A stretch of DNA of 64,000 bases, taken from a bacterium. Its GTDB lineage: Bacteria; SZUA-182; DTGQ01; JAFGSM01. A model generated the notes under the pieces. It made no database searches. It had not been told where the DNA came from and was given only the letters and a program-made list of their open reading frames with translations. The stretch covers positions 1-64,000 of the forward strand of contig JBLIRO010000022.1 in the NCBI GenBank assembly GCA_049472335.1, written 5' to 3'. Position numbers and translations under genes: made by a program. Shown in pieces: positions 1 to 10,899 of the stretch. Numbering within the stretch: the stretch's first letter is position 1; each line of letters starts with the position of its first letter.

Positions 1-103
1 CAGGATCGGACTTTAACCTGGCCACGATAGAAAACCGCTCATGATCGCACGCACCCTCCTGGGCTGTCTCTGTTACTGCTTTATTTCTTTTGCTTTTCCC
101 CAT
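1..103 (-). CDS. 5' end of a gene running off the left edge (MGKSKRNKAVTETAQEGACDHERFSIVARLKSDP...), function unknown
   Basis: Minus-strand ATG at 103 preceded by AGGAAAGG; the frame is open to position 1; divergent from the gene at 424. Confidence 0.55.
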   Translation of the reverse strand, partial: MGKSKRNKAVTETAQEGACDHERFSIVARLKSDP

Positions 104-423
104 TTTTTATCCTTTCCTGATTTTGGCTTTTAATATATAGAGCCTGTCTAAATCAAAGTCAATAGTCTGGTCTTTTATGATATGTTACCATAGTATGAAT
201 GTGATAATTAGCAGTATAAGATATAAGAATAATCATTGCAAACCAGATTCAGAGGATTTAAGTAGCTTATAAAAAAATTAAAATGATAACGGCTCTGATT
301 GCCTTTTAAGACTTGATGTGCTATTTTATATATGATTTAATTATCTGTTTTTTATGATTTGGCTTATATAAAAGCCATCTCCATTATTGAATAATACTAG
401 AATTAGAATTTTGGGGGTATATA

Positions 424-3321
424 ATGAATTTTCCTAAGGTTAACAATTATAAAAACTTGCTTTATGTGATCCTCTTTTTTCAGATTTCGTTTTTTTTAAT
501 AGCAGGGTGCCAGCCTGTTCCGGAATTGTCACGGCCTCAGTCCCCTATTGTCCTCTCAGGAAACAATTGCCTTTTTATATCCATAGACACCCTAAGGGCC
601 GATCATCTTAGTTGTTATGGTTATGACGGAATCGAAACGCCTAATATCGATGCATTGGCATCGGAAGGTATCCGGTTTTCCAAGGCCTACACTCCGGTCC
701 CTGTGACATTGCCATCACATGCGACAATGATGACAGGGTTGTTCCCGATAGGTCACGGAGTAAGAAATAACGGGACATTCCGGCTGGAAGAAGAAAATGT
801 CACTTTGGCTGAGATCTTTAAAAAAGCGGGGTATAGGACCGGCGCGTTTATCGGTTCCTTTGTGCTTGATTCAAGGTTCGGGCTGAACCAAGGGTTTGAA
901 GTTTATGATGATAAACTGGGCGCGGGAGGAGAGCAAAAGGTCCTCTTCTATAATGAGCGGCCTGCAGAGAAGGTGATTGAATCTACCCTTCAGTGGATCA
1001 AAGAAAAAGACGATAGACCCTTTTTCGCTTTTATCCACTGCTTTGATCCTCATGCGCCATATGATCCTCCCTCCCCATTTAAAGAAGAATATTCCGGAAA
1101 TTTATATGACGGAGAGATCAAGTATGTGGATGAGATGCTGGGAAGACTTTTTTCAGCCTTAAAAGAGCTGAATCTCTATGATAATACTCTTATTTGTTTT
1201 ACATCCGATCATGGAGAGGGATTGGGGGAACATAATGAAAAAACACATGCAATCTTTATCTATGATCCCACACTTCATGTGCCTCTCCTCTTTCGTTATC
1301 CGGAAAGGATTTCTCCCGGTCAGGTGGCCGATCAGGAGGTTTGTTTGCCGGATATTTTCCCCACGATCCTTGACCTTCTTCGATTTCAATATAATGGAAC
1401 TATGCACGGCATTCCGCTTCTAAGCGCAGAGATGCTGGCCCAAAGGAAATTTGAGATGTATTGCGAGACATTCTATCCGCTATATAATCACAAGTGGAGC
1501 CCTCTGGAAGGAATTCGAACTGCGGAGTGGAAATATATCAGGGCACCCAGATCGGAAATATATCATCTGAAAGAAGATCCCAATGAGTTGATTGACCTCT
1601 ATGAAAAGAATCCTGATCTTGCAAAGGAATGGGACACACGTCTGAATGATATAATTGAAAAATTTACAATCAAGGATGCCACTCAACGCGCGAAAATGAG
1701 CCTGGATAAAGATACGAAAGAAAAACTCGAAAGCCTCGGCTATATCTGGACTTCTTCAACAAGACACGAGGACGTTAATACCTCCTATCCTGATCCCAAG
1801 GACATGATAGGGCTGCTGGAGTTCTTGAACCGGGGGACCTATTTTTATATGACAGGGGATTATGATAAGGCCATCGAGGAATTCAAGAGTCTGCTCAAGG
1901 CAAATCCCAATGATGTCTTCACTCACTTTGTGCTGGGGTATGTTTATGATAAAAAGGGGTGGACGAATATGGCGATAGAGGAGCTGGAAGAGGCCATACG
2001 GTTGGATCCGGGATATATTAATGCCTACAATAATCTCGGCACGATTTTTAACCGAATCGGAAAAAGGGAAGAGGCTATCGAGATGTTTAGTATGGCGATC
2101 GAGTTGAATCCAACCTATATCGAGGCTTATGATAACCTTGGGGTCGTTTACTATTTGAAGAGGGAATATGATCGGGCTTTGGACTTTTTCCGAAAGGCTA
2201 TTGAGCTGGAGCCCACATATGCGCAAGCCTACAACAATATGGGAAGCGTTTTGGTTGCAAAGGGCAATTTTACAGATGCCATCGAGCCGATTAAAAAATC
2301 ATTGGAATATGATCCAAACCTGACAGATGCTTATAATAATCTGGGGAGCGCCTATCTCGGATCGGGAAACCTTCAGGAAGCGGAGAGGCTATTCAGGAAG
2401 GCCCTTGAAAAGGACCCGGATCATAATGAGGCAAGGGTAAACCTGGCAACTGTATATATCAGCATGCATCAATATGATCAGGCCCATCAGGAGTTAGAAA
2501 AGATAATCTCTAAAAATCCGGATATTGCAAAGGCTTATAATTCTCTCGGCACTTTACTCATCAAGGAGGGACGATTAAAGGAGGCGGTAGAACAGTTCAA
2601 GGAATCCATATATCTTGACCCCGAATCATCAGAAACCTACTATAACCTTGGTATTGCATATTTCAGTTTGGGAGACTTCGATGATGCGATCAGGGAATAT
2701 CAAAGGGCACTTAAAATTGATCCTTATAATCCGGGCGCATATGTTAATCTGGGAATAGCAAAATTTCATAAGGGATTCATTGATCAGGCCATCACGGATT
2801 ATGAAAAGGCCAAGGAACTAGACCCGGACAATATTGAGGCCATGGTTAATTTGGGGGTTGCCTATTATAATATGGGTTTCTTTGAAAAGGCGGTTAATGA
2901 GTATGAATCGGCACTTAAGGTTGATCCGAAAAATATGCAGGCCCTCATCAATCTCGGTCTTGCTTATTTCGGCCAGGGACTCATAGACAAGGCTATTGAT
3001 GAATATAAAAAGATTTTAGAGATTGACCCAAATCATATGGAGGCCATGATCAATCTGGGAGTAGCCTATTTTAATCAACAAAAGTACAAGGATGCGATCC
3101 AACAGTATCAAAATGTCATAAAACAGGATCCCCAGAGTTATCAGGCCTATTATGGCCTGGGATATAGCTTTCTTATGATGGGGTTTTATAATGAGGCCTT
3201 ACAAAATCTTAATGAGGCCCTTCGGATAAAACCAGATTATTTGGAAGCCCAGATCCTCTTGGAAAAAGTGTCTACTATGGCAAATTTTGGGATAAATCCC
3301 ATCCTGGGATTCCCTAATTAG
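424..3321 (+). CDS. Lipoprotein with an alkaline-phosphatase/sulfatase-superfamily domain fused to about 14 TPR repeats
   Basis: Lipobox LIAGC; SIDTLRADH, TLPSHATMMTG, DPHAPY, YDGEI and TSDHGE motifs; the C-terminal half is 34-aa AYNNLG-type TPRs. Confidence 0.9.
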   Translation: MNFPKVNNYKNLLYVILFFQISFFLIAGCQPVPELSRPQSPIVLSGNNCLFISIDTLRADHLSCYGYDGIETPNIDALASEGIRFSKAYTPVPVTLPSHATMMTGLFPIGHGVRNNGTFRLEEENVTLAEIFKKAGYRTGAFIGSFVLDSRFGLNQGFEVYDDKLGAGGEQKVLFYNERPAEKVIESTLQWIKEKDDRPFFAFIHCFDPHAPYDPPSPFKEEYSGNLYDGEIKYVDEMLGRLFSALKELNLYDNTLICFTSDHGEGLGEHNEKTHAIFIYDPTLHVPLLFRYPERISPGQVADQEVCLPDIFPTILDLLRFQYNGTMHGIPLLSAEMLAQRKFEMYCETFYPLYNHKWSPLEGIRTAEWKYIRAPRSEIYHLKEDPNELIDLYEKNPDLAKEWDTRLNDIIEKFTIKDATQRAKMSLDKDTKEKLESLGYIWTSSTRHEDVNTSYPDPKDMIGLLEFLNRGTYFYMTGDYDKAIEEFKSLLKANPNDVFTHFVLGYVYDKKGWTNMAIEELEEAIRLDPGYINAYNNLGTIFNRIGKREEAIEMFSMAIELNPTYIEAYDNLGVVYYLKREYDRALDFFRKAIELEPTYAQAYNNMGSVLVAKGNFTDAIEPIKKSLEYDPNLTDAYNNLGSAYLGSGNLQEAERLFRKALEKDPDHNEARVNLATVYISMHQYDQAHQELEKIISKNPDIAKAYNSLGTLLIKEGRLKEAVEQFKESIYLDPESSETYYNLGIAYFSLGDFDDAIREYQRALKIDPYNPGAYVNLGIAKFHKGFIDQAITDYEKAKELDPDNIEAMVNLGVAYYNMGFFEKAVNEYESALKVDPKNMQALINLGLAYFGQGLIDKAIDEYKKILEIDPNHMEAMINLGVAYFNQQKYKDAIQQYQNVIKQDPQSYQAYYGLGYSFLMMGFYNEALQNLNEALRIKPDYLEAQILLEKVSTMANFGINPILGFPN

Positions 3322-3540
3322 AATGCAAATATCAAAATGCAAAATGAAAAATGCAAAATGAGAAGGAACCTCGTCGACTTTTTGTCCAAGAATTCTATAT
3401 TAGAATGCAAATATCAAAATGCAAGATGAAAAATGCAAAATGAGAAAGAATCTCGGCAGATCAAAAGGACTTTGAAATTCAGAGAGAGCCTCTCTTGCGA
3501 TTTGCATTTTGCATTTTTCAATTTTCAATTTGCATTTTAT
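3317..3540. repeat. Two 57-bp direct repeats (3317-3373, 3399-3455) built of AAAATG(C/A) heptamers, plus an inverted heptamer array (3501-3540)
   Basis: The copies differ at 3 positions; the inverted array reads ATAAAATGCAAATTGAAAATTGAAAAATGCAAAATGCAAA on the minus strand; located between convergent genes. Confidence 0.85.
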
Positions 3541-5539
3541 AAAGGGCCGCCCTGATTTCTGATATAACTCCGATGATCTGTTGGGCCATAGGGTGTTTTT
3601 GGGCAATTCTCACTGCTGTTTCATATTGAACCAGGGCCTGTCTGTATTCTCCCTGCTTTTGATAGAGGATACCAAGATTGATGTGTGCATTTGCCCTCTC
3701 AAATGGGCTGGTATCAGAAATGGGCAGGGACAAAGCCTTTTCATAAAGTCCGATGGCCTCATCTGCCCTCCCCTCTTCACCCCTTAATACGGCTAAAGAG
3801 AAATAGGCCTCGAATTCATTCGGGAATAATCGAATCATATCTTGATAAATATTCGCTGCCAGTTGATAACTCGTATTTTTATCTCCCCCGCCTTCGGCCT
3901 TTTTTAGATAAAGCCGGGCAAGGCCAAGATAGGCCAGCTTAAACCCTTTGTCCTTTTTTATAGCCTTGTTAAACCAATGCTCAGCTTCTTTTAGCTTGCC
4001 GGTATGCAAAAACACCAGGCCCAAATTATAAAAAATACGTACTGTCTGCAATGGTTCTGTATTGGTCTTTAAAGCACGCTTGAGAAAAGGAAGTGCCCAC
4101 TGGGTTTGTCCCGTTTGAATGAGAGTGCCGGCTATTCCCAGGTTTGCCTGGGCAAAATCCGGATTAATTTCCAGTGCGGATCGAAAGAGTCCTTCCGCTT
4201 TCATTAACTCTGCCCTGCCCTGCTCCTGATCCGTTTCTTTCAATGATTCCTGAAAATAGAAATTTGCAAGATAGGTTAAGGCGTAGTAGTTTCCGGGCTC
4301 TTCAAACAGGGCGTCTTCCCAGAGAGTTTTGTCCGATTGCCATACCCGTACCCTTTTTTGGGTTTTTAAGCCAAGGGCCGCTATCATTATTACAGGTATA
4401 AGGAAACTAAGAGGTTTTGTCCCTGAAGATAAAGGATTAATAGCAATTTTTTTTATCCCTTTTGAGATCCAGATGCCAACCGCCAAATATATACCTATGG
4501 CGGGTATATATAGATATCTGTCTGCCATTTGCGTGCTTGTAGGTATAAAATTCAGGACAGGCAAAAGTATGATAAAAAACCATGTGATGCCTAAAATGCC
4601 AGTACGGTCTTTTTTGTATAACAGCCAGACATAAATTGCGGATAAAAGGCATATAACAAAAATCATCGAACCTAATATATTCAGTGAGAATATGGGTTTA
4701 AATCTTTCCGGTGAGGTGACATATCTGCAAGATTGCCGGACAGGGGGAAAAGGCCAGAATAATATGGACACGTATCGAAGGATGATATAGGGGATCGACA
4801 GGACAGAAGTTATAAGACTCCCGCCCACATAGCTTTTGACTCCTCCCCCTACCTTTTGTGCCCATAATGTGCTTCCGAAAGAGAAAAAAGATATAAGAAA
4901 AAAAGGGATAATGTCTGCAATAGAGCTTCGGGTCCTGTAAAGTGTAATATCGAGAAGGATAATGATCAAAGGCAAGGTTATCGCCATGGGTTTTGAAAGA
5001 ACTGCGAGGCAGAATGCAATAAAACAGATAATATACCAGACCCTTATCCCGGTTTTTTTAAGCCGGTCATAACTTAAAAGGGCGATCAGGAAAAAAAGAC
5101 CCGCCAGGAGCCCCTTCCTTTCAGAAAGCCAGGCAACTGATTCCACATTAACGGGGTGTGCCAGAAAAATGCCGTATACAAAAAAGGCTATCCACCAATC
5201 CTTCGTCCATGAGTAGATGAGAAAAAGAATAAGTATCCCGTTGATAATATGAAGGAATAGATTCGTGAGATGATATCCGGTATAATTTTCCCCCCAAAGG
5301 AGACGGTCAAAAAGATATGATACAAGATGGATAGGGGTATAATTTTTAAAATAGGGTGCTGAAAAGATACTTTTCAGGTTGGCAATGCTTAATTCCTTTA
5401 TATAGGGGTTCTCCTTAAGATAGAACTGATCGTCCCAGTCCAGAATGTGATTGCGTATTGAGCCCTTGTATATACAAACAGAAAAAAGTATGAGGATAAG
5501 GGCCATACAGCAAAAGGCATATTTTCTGTCCATACTCAT
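3518..5539 (-). CDS. TMTC-like (GT-C fold) membrane protein O-glycosyltransferase with C-terminal TPRs
   Basis: WDD motif after TM1, HPVNVESVAWLSERK, SKPMA and MADRYLY motifs, multiple TM helices, TPR tail. Confidence 0.8.
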   Translation of the reverse strand: MSMDRKYAFCCMALILILFSVCIYKGSIRNHILDWDDQFYLKENPYIKELSIANLKSIFSAPYFKNYTPIHLVSYLFDRLLWGENYTGYHLTNLFLHIINGILILFLIYSWTKDWWIAFFVYGIFLAHPVNVESVAWLSERKGLLAGLFFLIALLSYDRLKKTGIRVWYIICFIAFCLAVLSKPMAITLPLIIILLDITLYRTRSSIADIIPFFLISFFSFGSTLWAQKVGGGVKSYVGGSLITSVLSIPYIILRYVSILFWPFPPVRQSCRYVTSPERFKPIFSLNILGSMIFVICLLSAIYVWLLYKKDRTGILGITWFFIILLPVLNFIPTSTQMADRYLYIPAIGIYLAVGIWISKGIKKIAINPLSSGTKPLSFLIPVIMIAALGLKTQKRVRVWQSDKTLWEDALFEEPGNYYALTYLANFYFQESLKETDQEQGRAELMKAEGLFRSALEINPDFAQANLGIAGTLIQTGQTQWALPFLKRALKTNTEPLQTVRIFYNLGLVFLHTGKLKEAEHWFNKAIKKDKGFKLAYLGLARLYLKKAEGGGDKNTSYQLAANIYQDMIRLFPNEFEAYFSLAVLRGEEGRADEAIGLYEKALSLPISDTSPFERANAHINLGILYQKQGEYRQALVQYETAVRIAQKHPMAQQIIGVISEIRAALYKMQIEN

Positions 5540-5620
5540 TGCGGAGCCTTTTTATGATTTTTTAATGAAATGGTAAATGGTAAAAGATTTTTATGATTAT
5601 ATCAGAGATAGGCAGATAAT

Positions 5621-5655
5621 AAAAAAGCGCAGGGATATTCTCCCTGCGCTTTTTT
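5621..5655. terminator. Intrinsic terminator (bidirectional form) after the 5671-6153 gene
   Basis: AAAAAAGCGCAGGGA-TATTC-TCCCTGCGCTTTTTT perfect stem with U-tracts on both strands. Confidence 0.85.
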
Positions 5656-5670
5656 GCCGCAAAACTAATA

Positions 5671-6153
5671 CTAGGTGATCGATACAATACCAATCGGTGT
5701 CGGGAATGTCGTAAATATCGAAGATGGCGTGGTCACATTAACAATTGGAGCTGGTTGTACTGGGGGATTGAACAGGTTCGGGAACAGTTGGTTATACAGG
5801 CCCGCTATACCCAAGAGGGGTGCGATCTGCAGGAACGGCACCTGATAGGTCAGCCCGCCGGTTGTCTCTACCGGATAGTACATATTATAGAAGCTGAATG
5901 GGCTCATCATGCCGCCATACATGCCCATCATGCCCATCATGCCCATCATGCCATACATGCCGCCGTAAAGGCCGCCCATAAGGCCACCATAACCGCCCAT
6001 AAGGCCGCCGTAAAGGCCGCCCATAAGGCCACCATAACCGCCCATAAGGCCGCCGTAAAGGCCGCCCATAAGGCCATAATAAGCTTCCGCTCCTGAAAAA
6101 CAAAGACCCAACGCGATCACCAAAACAAAGAGAATTAAAATACTTTTTTTCAT
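5671..6153 (-). CDS. Secreted Gly/Tyr/Met/Leu-rich repeat protein (GY-1)
   Basis: SD GGAGGT, Sec signal ending AEA-YYG, GGLYGGLMGGYGGLM repeats (45-bp perfect unit at 5959-6076), Pro/Thr-rich C-terminus. Confidence 0.85.
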   Translation of the reverse strand: MKKSILILFVLVIALGLCFSGAEAYYGLMGGLYGGLMGGYGGLMGGLYGGLMGGYGGLMGGLYGGMYGMMGMMGMMGMYGGMMSPFSFYNMYYPVETTGGLTYQVPFLQIAPLLGIAGLYNQLFPNLFNPPVQPAPIVNVTTPSSIFTTFPTPIGIVSIT

Positions 6154-6425
6154 TATCCTACCTCCGTTAACCTTAGCTTTATAACTTTATATTTGAGTTA
6201 AAAAATGTCCATAACTTTTAAATCAATAGACATTTTGTTTCCTTAACACCACCTCCTTCTATGGTTATGTGTGTAAGCCATAACAATCACCTCCTGAGTT
6301 TTGCAGCGAATCACTTTATCGCCTAATTATTTGAATTAAATAAACTGATTTGATTTTAGGTACAATATATTTATACGTATCCTTACTGATAAATTAAAAA
6401 ATATTATAATTCAATAAAATACTCT

Positions 6426-6440
6426 GCAAGTTTTGTGCCG
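6426..6440 (-). promoter_or_regulatory. Sigma54 -24/-12 promoter for GY-1
   Basis: Minus strand CGGCACAAAACTTGC(A), exact GG-N10-GC spacing. Confidence 0.7.
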
Positions 6441-6737
6441 ATAAACACCTCCGACATAAATTGAACTATATAATGACATCCCAAATGAATCAATAGCTTA
6501 ATATACATAGGGATTGTCCTGCTTTAACATGATTCCTTCCAAACACTATAAAAATAATTATAAATTACAACAAGATATGAAAACCATTTCATATATGCAC
6601 CCTGATTTGTGTTTACTCTTTGAATTTTATAGCATTACCACAAATGAATTTCATTGCATATTGTGTATCCGGCATTATTGTCCGATTTCGATCAATATAA
6701 TAGAGCCTTTATTACTCTGAATTATTTATTGATTAAT

Positions 6738-7316
6738 TTAAATTACGGATAACATCCCAAATCCAAGTAATGGATCACCAAGTGGATCAAAGCTTCCTAA
6801 AAGGCTGGACATTCCGCCATATGAATAATATGGTATTGGATTCATTAAGTTACCCAGGCCAAGGCTAAGGCCCCCAAGGCCGCCATACATCCCATACATG
6901 CCACCATACATTCCATACATGCCACCGTACATTCCATACATACCACCATAAAGGGAGCTGCCGTACATTCCATACATGCCACCGTACATCCCATAGAGGC
7001 CGCCATACATTCCATACATGCCACCATAAAGGGAGCTGCCATACATTCCATACATGCCACCGTACATCCCATAGAGGCCGCCGTACATTCCATACATGCC
7101 ACCATAAAGGGAGCTGCCATACATTCCATACATGCCGCCATAAAGGCCGTATCCTCCATACATGCCACCAAAACTGCCTAACCCCCCATATAGGCTCCCA
7201 TTGGGAGAAGATGTCAAACCGTAATAGGCCATGGCATTATTCCCCGGGACCATCAGAATGACAAAGAGTAAAAGTAAAATAACAATAAAAATACCTTGAT
7301 TGTTTCTGTGTTTCAT
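6738..7316 (-). CDS. Secreted Gly/Tyr/Met-rich repeat protein (GY-2)
   Basis: SD AGGGGG, signal peptide ending AMA-YYG, 26-aa/78-bp tandem unit MYGSSLYGGMYGMYGGLYGMYGGMYG. Confidence 0.85.
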   Translation of the reverse strand: MKHRNNQGIFIVILLLLFVILMVPGNNAMAYYGLTSSPNGSLYGGLGSFGGMYGGYGLYGGMYGMYGSSLYGGMYGMYGGLYGMYGGMYGMYGSSLYGGMYGMYGGLYGMYGGMYGMYGSSLYGGMYGMYGGMYGMYGGMYGMYGGLGGLSLGLGNLMNPIPYYSYGGMSSLLGSFDPLGDPLLGFGMLSVI

Positions 7317-7481
7317 AGAACACCCCCTTGAAATATTATTAGTTATAATTCTACTAAATTCTATGTTTGAGGTTTAAAACAGCCAGAATCAACCTGAAGA
7401 ATTTCTGATAACATTCTTATTAAGCGCTCATGTATTAAGTCACAAGGCGGCCGATTTTAATCCTGTATATTCCAAAAGATG

Positions 7482-8081
7482 TTAAAAATATAAACCAGAA
7501 AGAATAGCTGAGCTATTTCCTAATGATCCACTTACATAAAGATTACCATAAAGCATTTGCATCATTTGAAGTCGGGAATTTACCATAGAAAGAAGATAAA
7601 AGTAAGTCGATGGATCTAAATCGCCATGTCCACATCCCGGAAAATGTTTGTTACCGCCCGGACGTCCGTATCCGCCGCCATAACCGTATCCGCCGCCATA
7701 ACCGCCATAGGGATAGCCACCATAACCATAGCCGCCGTAACCGCTATAGGGATAACCACCATAACCGTAGCCGCCGTAACCGCTATAGGGATAACCACCA
7801 TAACCATAGCCGCCGTAACCGCTGTAGGGATAACCACCGTAACCGTATCCGCCGTATCCATAACCGCTATAGGGATAGCTACCATAACCATAGCCGCTGT
7901 AACCCCCGGAATAAGGATAATTGTATCCGTATCCGCCTGAGTAATATGGATACCCGGAATAGTATGGAGAGGACCCATAATAGTATTGATTATAATAGGT
8001 TTGAGCCATTGCTCCTGTGCAAATTAATGCAAGAAAAATGAGAAGAATTGATACAAGGATGGTAGTCTTCACTGCACTCAC
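7482..8081 (-). CDS. Secreted Gly/Tyr-rich repeat protein (GY-3)
   Basis: Signal peptide ending AMA-QTYY, 13-aa/39-bp unit YPYSGYGGYGYGG, C-terminal KHFPGCGHGD segment. Confidence 0.8.
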   Translation of the reverse strand: MSAVKTTILVSILLIFLALICTGAMAQTYYNQYYYGSSPYYSGYPYYSGGYGYNYPYSGGYSGYGYGSYPYSGYGYGGYGYGGYPYSGYGGYGYGGYPYSGYGGYGYGGYPYSGYGGYGYGGYPYGGYGGGYGYGGGYGRPGGNKHFPGCGHGDLDPSTYFYLLSMVNSRLQMMQMLYGNLYVSGSLGNSSAILSGLYF

Positions 8082-8350
8082 CCAACCTTTCTTTTGGTGG
8101 AGGGTTATAAGTTATAATATACTTATAAAAGTATAACATGTTTATTATTCTTTTGTAAAGAGAAAGTCAGAATTGCCCGAAATAGTTCAATATATACCAT
8201 TTTAAAATAATTATTTGTTAAAATATTTAATATGTTTATGGATTTTTTTCCTCTTGAATTGTGGACCTGTGTATAATATACTTCTTTTTATGAATCATAT
8301 AGTTTTACATTCCCTTATAAAGGAAAGACTTCCTTGACCATAAACCTTAA

Positions 8351-9991
<1,641 letters not shown>

Positions 9992-10002
9992 GAGGAAAGG
10001 GA

Positions 10003-10869
10003 TTGGGGGGATTTGAGGGGGAAAAAGAGGCAAGGCCTGCCCGTCCAATACATATCGATAATGTGGTGATAGGTCAAGGTGCACCTGTGGCCCTGATCGC
10101 CGGTCCGTGTGTGATAGAATCAGAGTCACATTGTATGCGGATGGCAGAAAGCCTGAAAAATCTTACTTCTCATCTAAACCTGCCTTTTATATTCAAGGCA
10201 TCCTTCGATAAGGCCAATCGTACCTCATATAAATCTTACCGGGGTCCCGGTTTGGATAAGGGTTTGCCTATTTTGAAAAAGATCAGGGAAAGGTTTCTTA
10301 TACCTGTTTTATCCGATATCCATGCACCGGAACAGGCAGAAATTGCCGCTGAGGTATTGGATATTTTACAGATCCCCGCGTTCCTTTGCCGACAAACCGA
10401 CCTGATTCTGGCTGCTGCTAAAACCGGTAAGGTAATCAATATAAAAAAGGGACAGTTTATTGCTCCAGGTGAGGTGGAGCAGATAGGAGCCAAGGTAAGG
10501 GAGACCGGTAACGATCGTATCTTGATTACTGAAAGGGGATACATGTTCGGATATAACAATCTGGTTGTTGATTTCAGGTCCATTCCGATTATAAGGGGCC
10601 TTGGGTATCCTGTGGTTTTTGATGCAACACACAGTGTACAGTTGCCTGCCCAAAAGGGGACCTGCTCGGGAGGGGATAGAAGGTTTTGTCCTTATTTGAT
10701 AAGGGCGGCCATGGCTGTCGGCTGCGATGCCCTTTTTCTCGAGGTTCATGACAGACCGGATGAGGCTTTGTGTGATGGCCCAAATATGATTCCTTTGCAA
10801 GAGCTTGAAGAGATTCTCATCCAGGCAACGGAGATCGATCGTCTTGTAAAAAAAGGAGGATGGATTTAA
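10003..10869 (+). CDS. kdsA: KDO8P synthase
   Basis: IAGPCVIE, KASFDKANRTS, QIPAFLCRQTDL and DATHSVQ motifs; follows pyrG. Confidence 0.96.
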   Translation: MGGFEGEKEARPARPIHIDNVVIGQGAPVALIAGPCVIESESHCMRMAESLKNLTSHLNLPFIFKASFDKANRTSYKSYRGPGLDKGLPILKKIRERFLIPVLSDIHAPEQAEIAAEVLDILQIPAFLCRQTDLILAAAKTGKVINIKKGQFIAPGEVEQIGAKVRETGNDRILITERGYMFGYNNLVVDFRSIPIIRGLGYPVVFDATHSVQLPAQKGTCSGGDRRFCPYLIRAAMAVGCDALFLEVHDRPDEALCDGPNMIPLQELEEILIQATEIDRLVKKGGWI

Positions 10870-10899
10870 AATTGTTTTTTGATATGAAGGTGGAAAAAC

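Noticed and set aside
3317..3455. Possible mini-CRISPR (two repeats with a 25-bp gap)
   Set aside because: Only two copies, 57 bp long, internally heptameric, and no cas genes in the window
3400..3606. 68-aa minus-strand ORF with KCKMQI-like repeats
   Set aside because: Translation of the heptamer repeat array overlapping the TMTC-like gene end; no SD or family motif
5671..7316. GY proteins as RiPP/bacteriocin precursors
   Set aside because: They have Sec-type signals rather than double-glycine leaders, and there is no adjacent modifying enzyme or peptidase-ABC exporter; the only radical SAM gene is rlmN
5755..8041. His/Ala-, Arg/His- and Cys/Met-rich ORFs (5755-6096, 5885-6103, 6845-7171, 7610-8041, 7616-7978, 7626-7940)
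   Set aside because: Antisense or alternative-frame shadows of the Gly/Tyr repeats; the annotated frames have the SD and signal peptide
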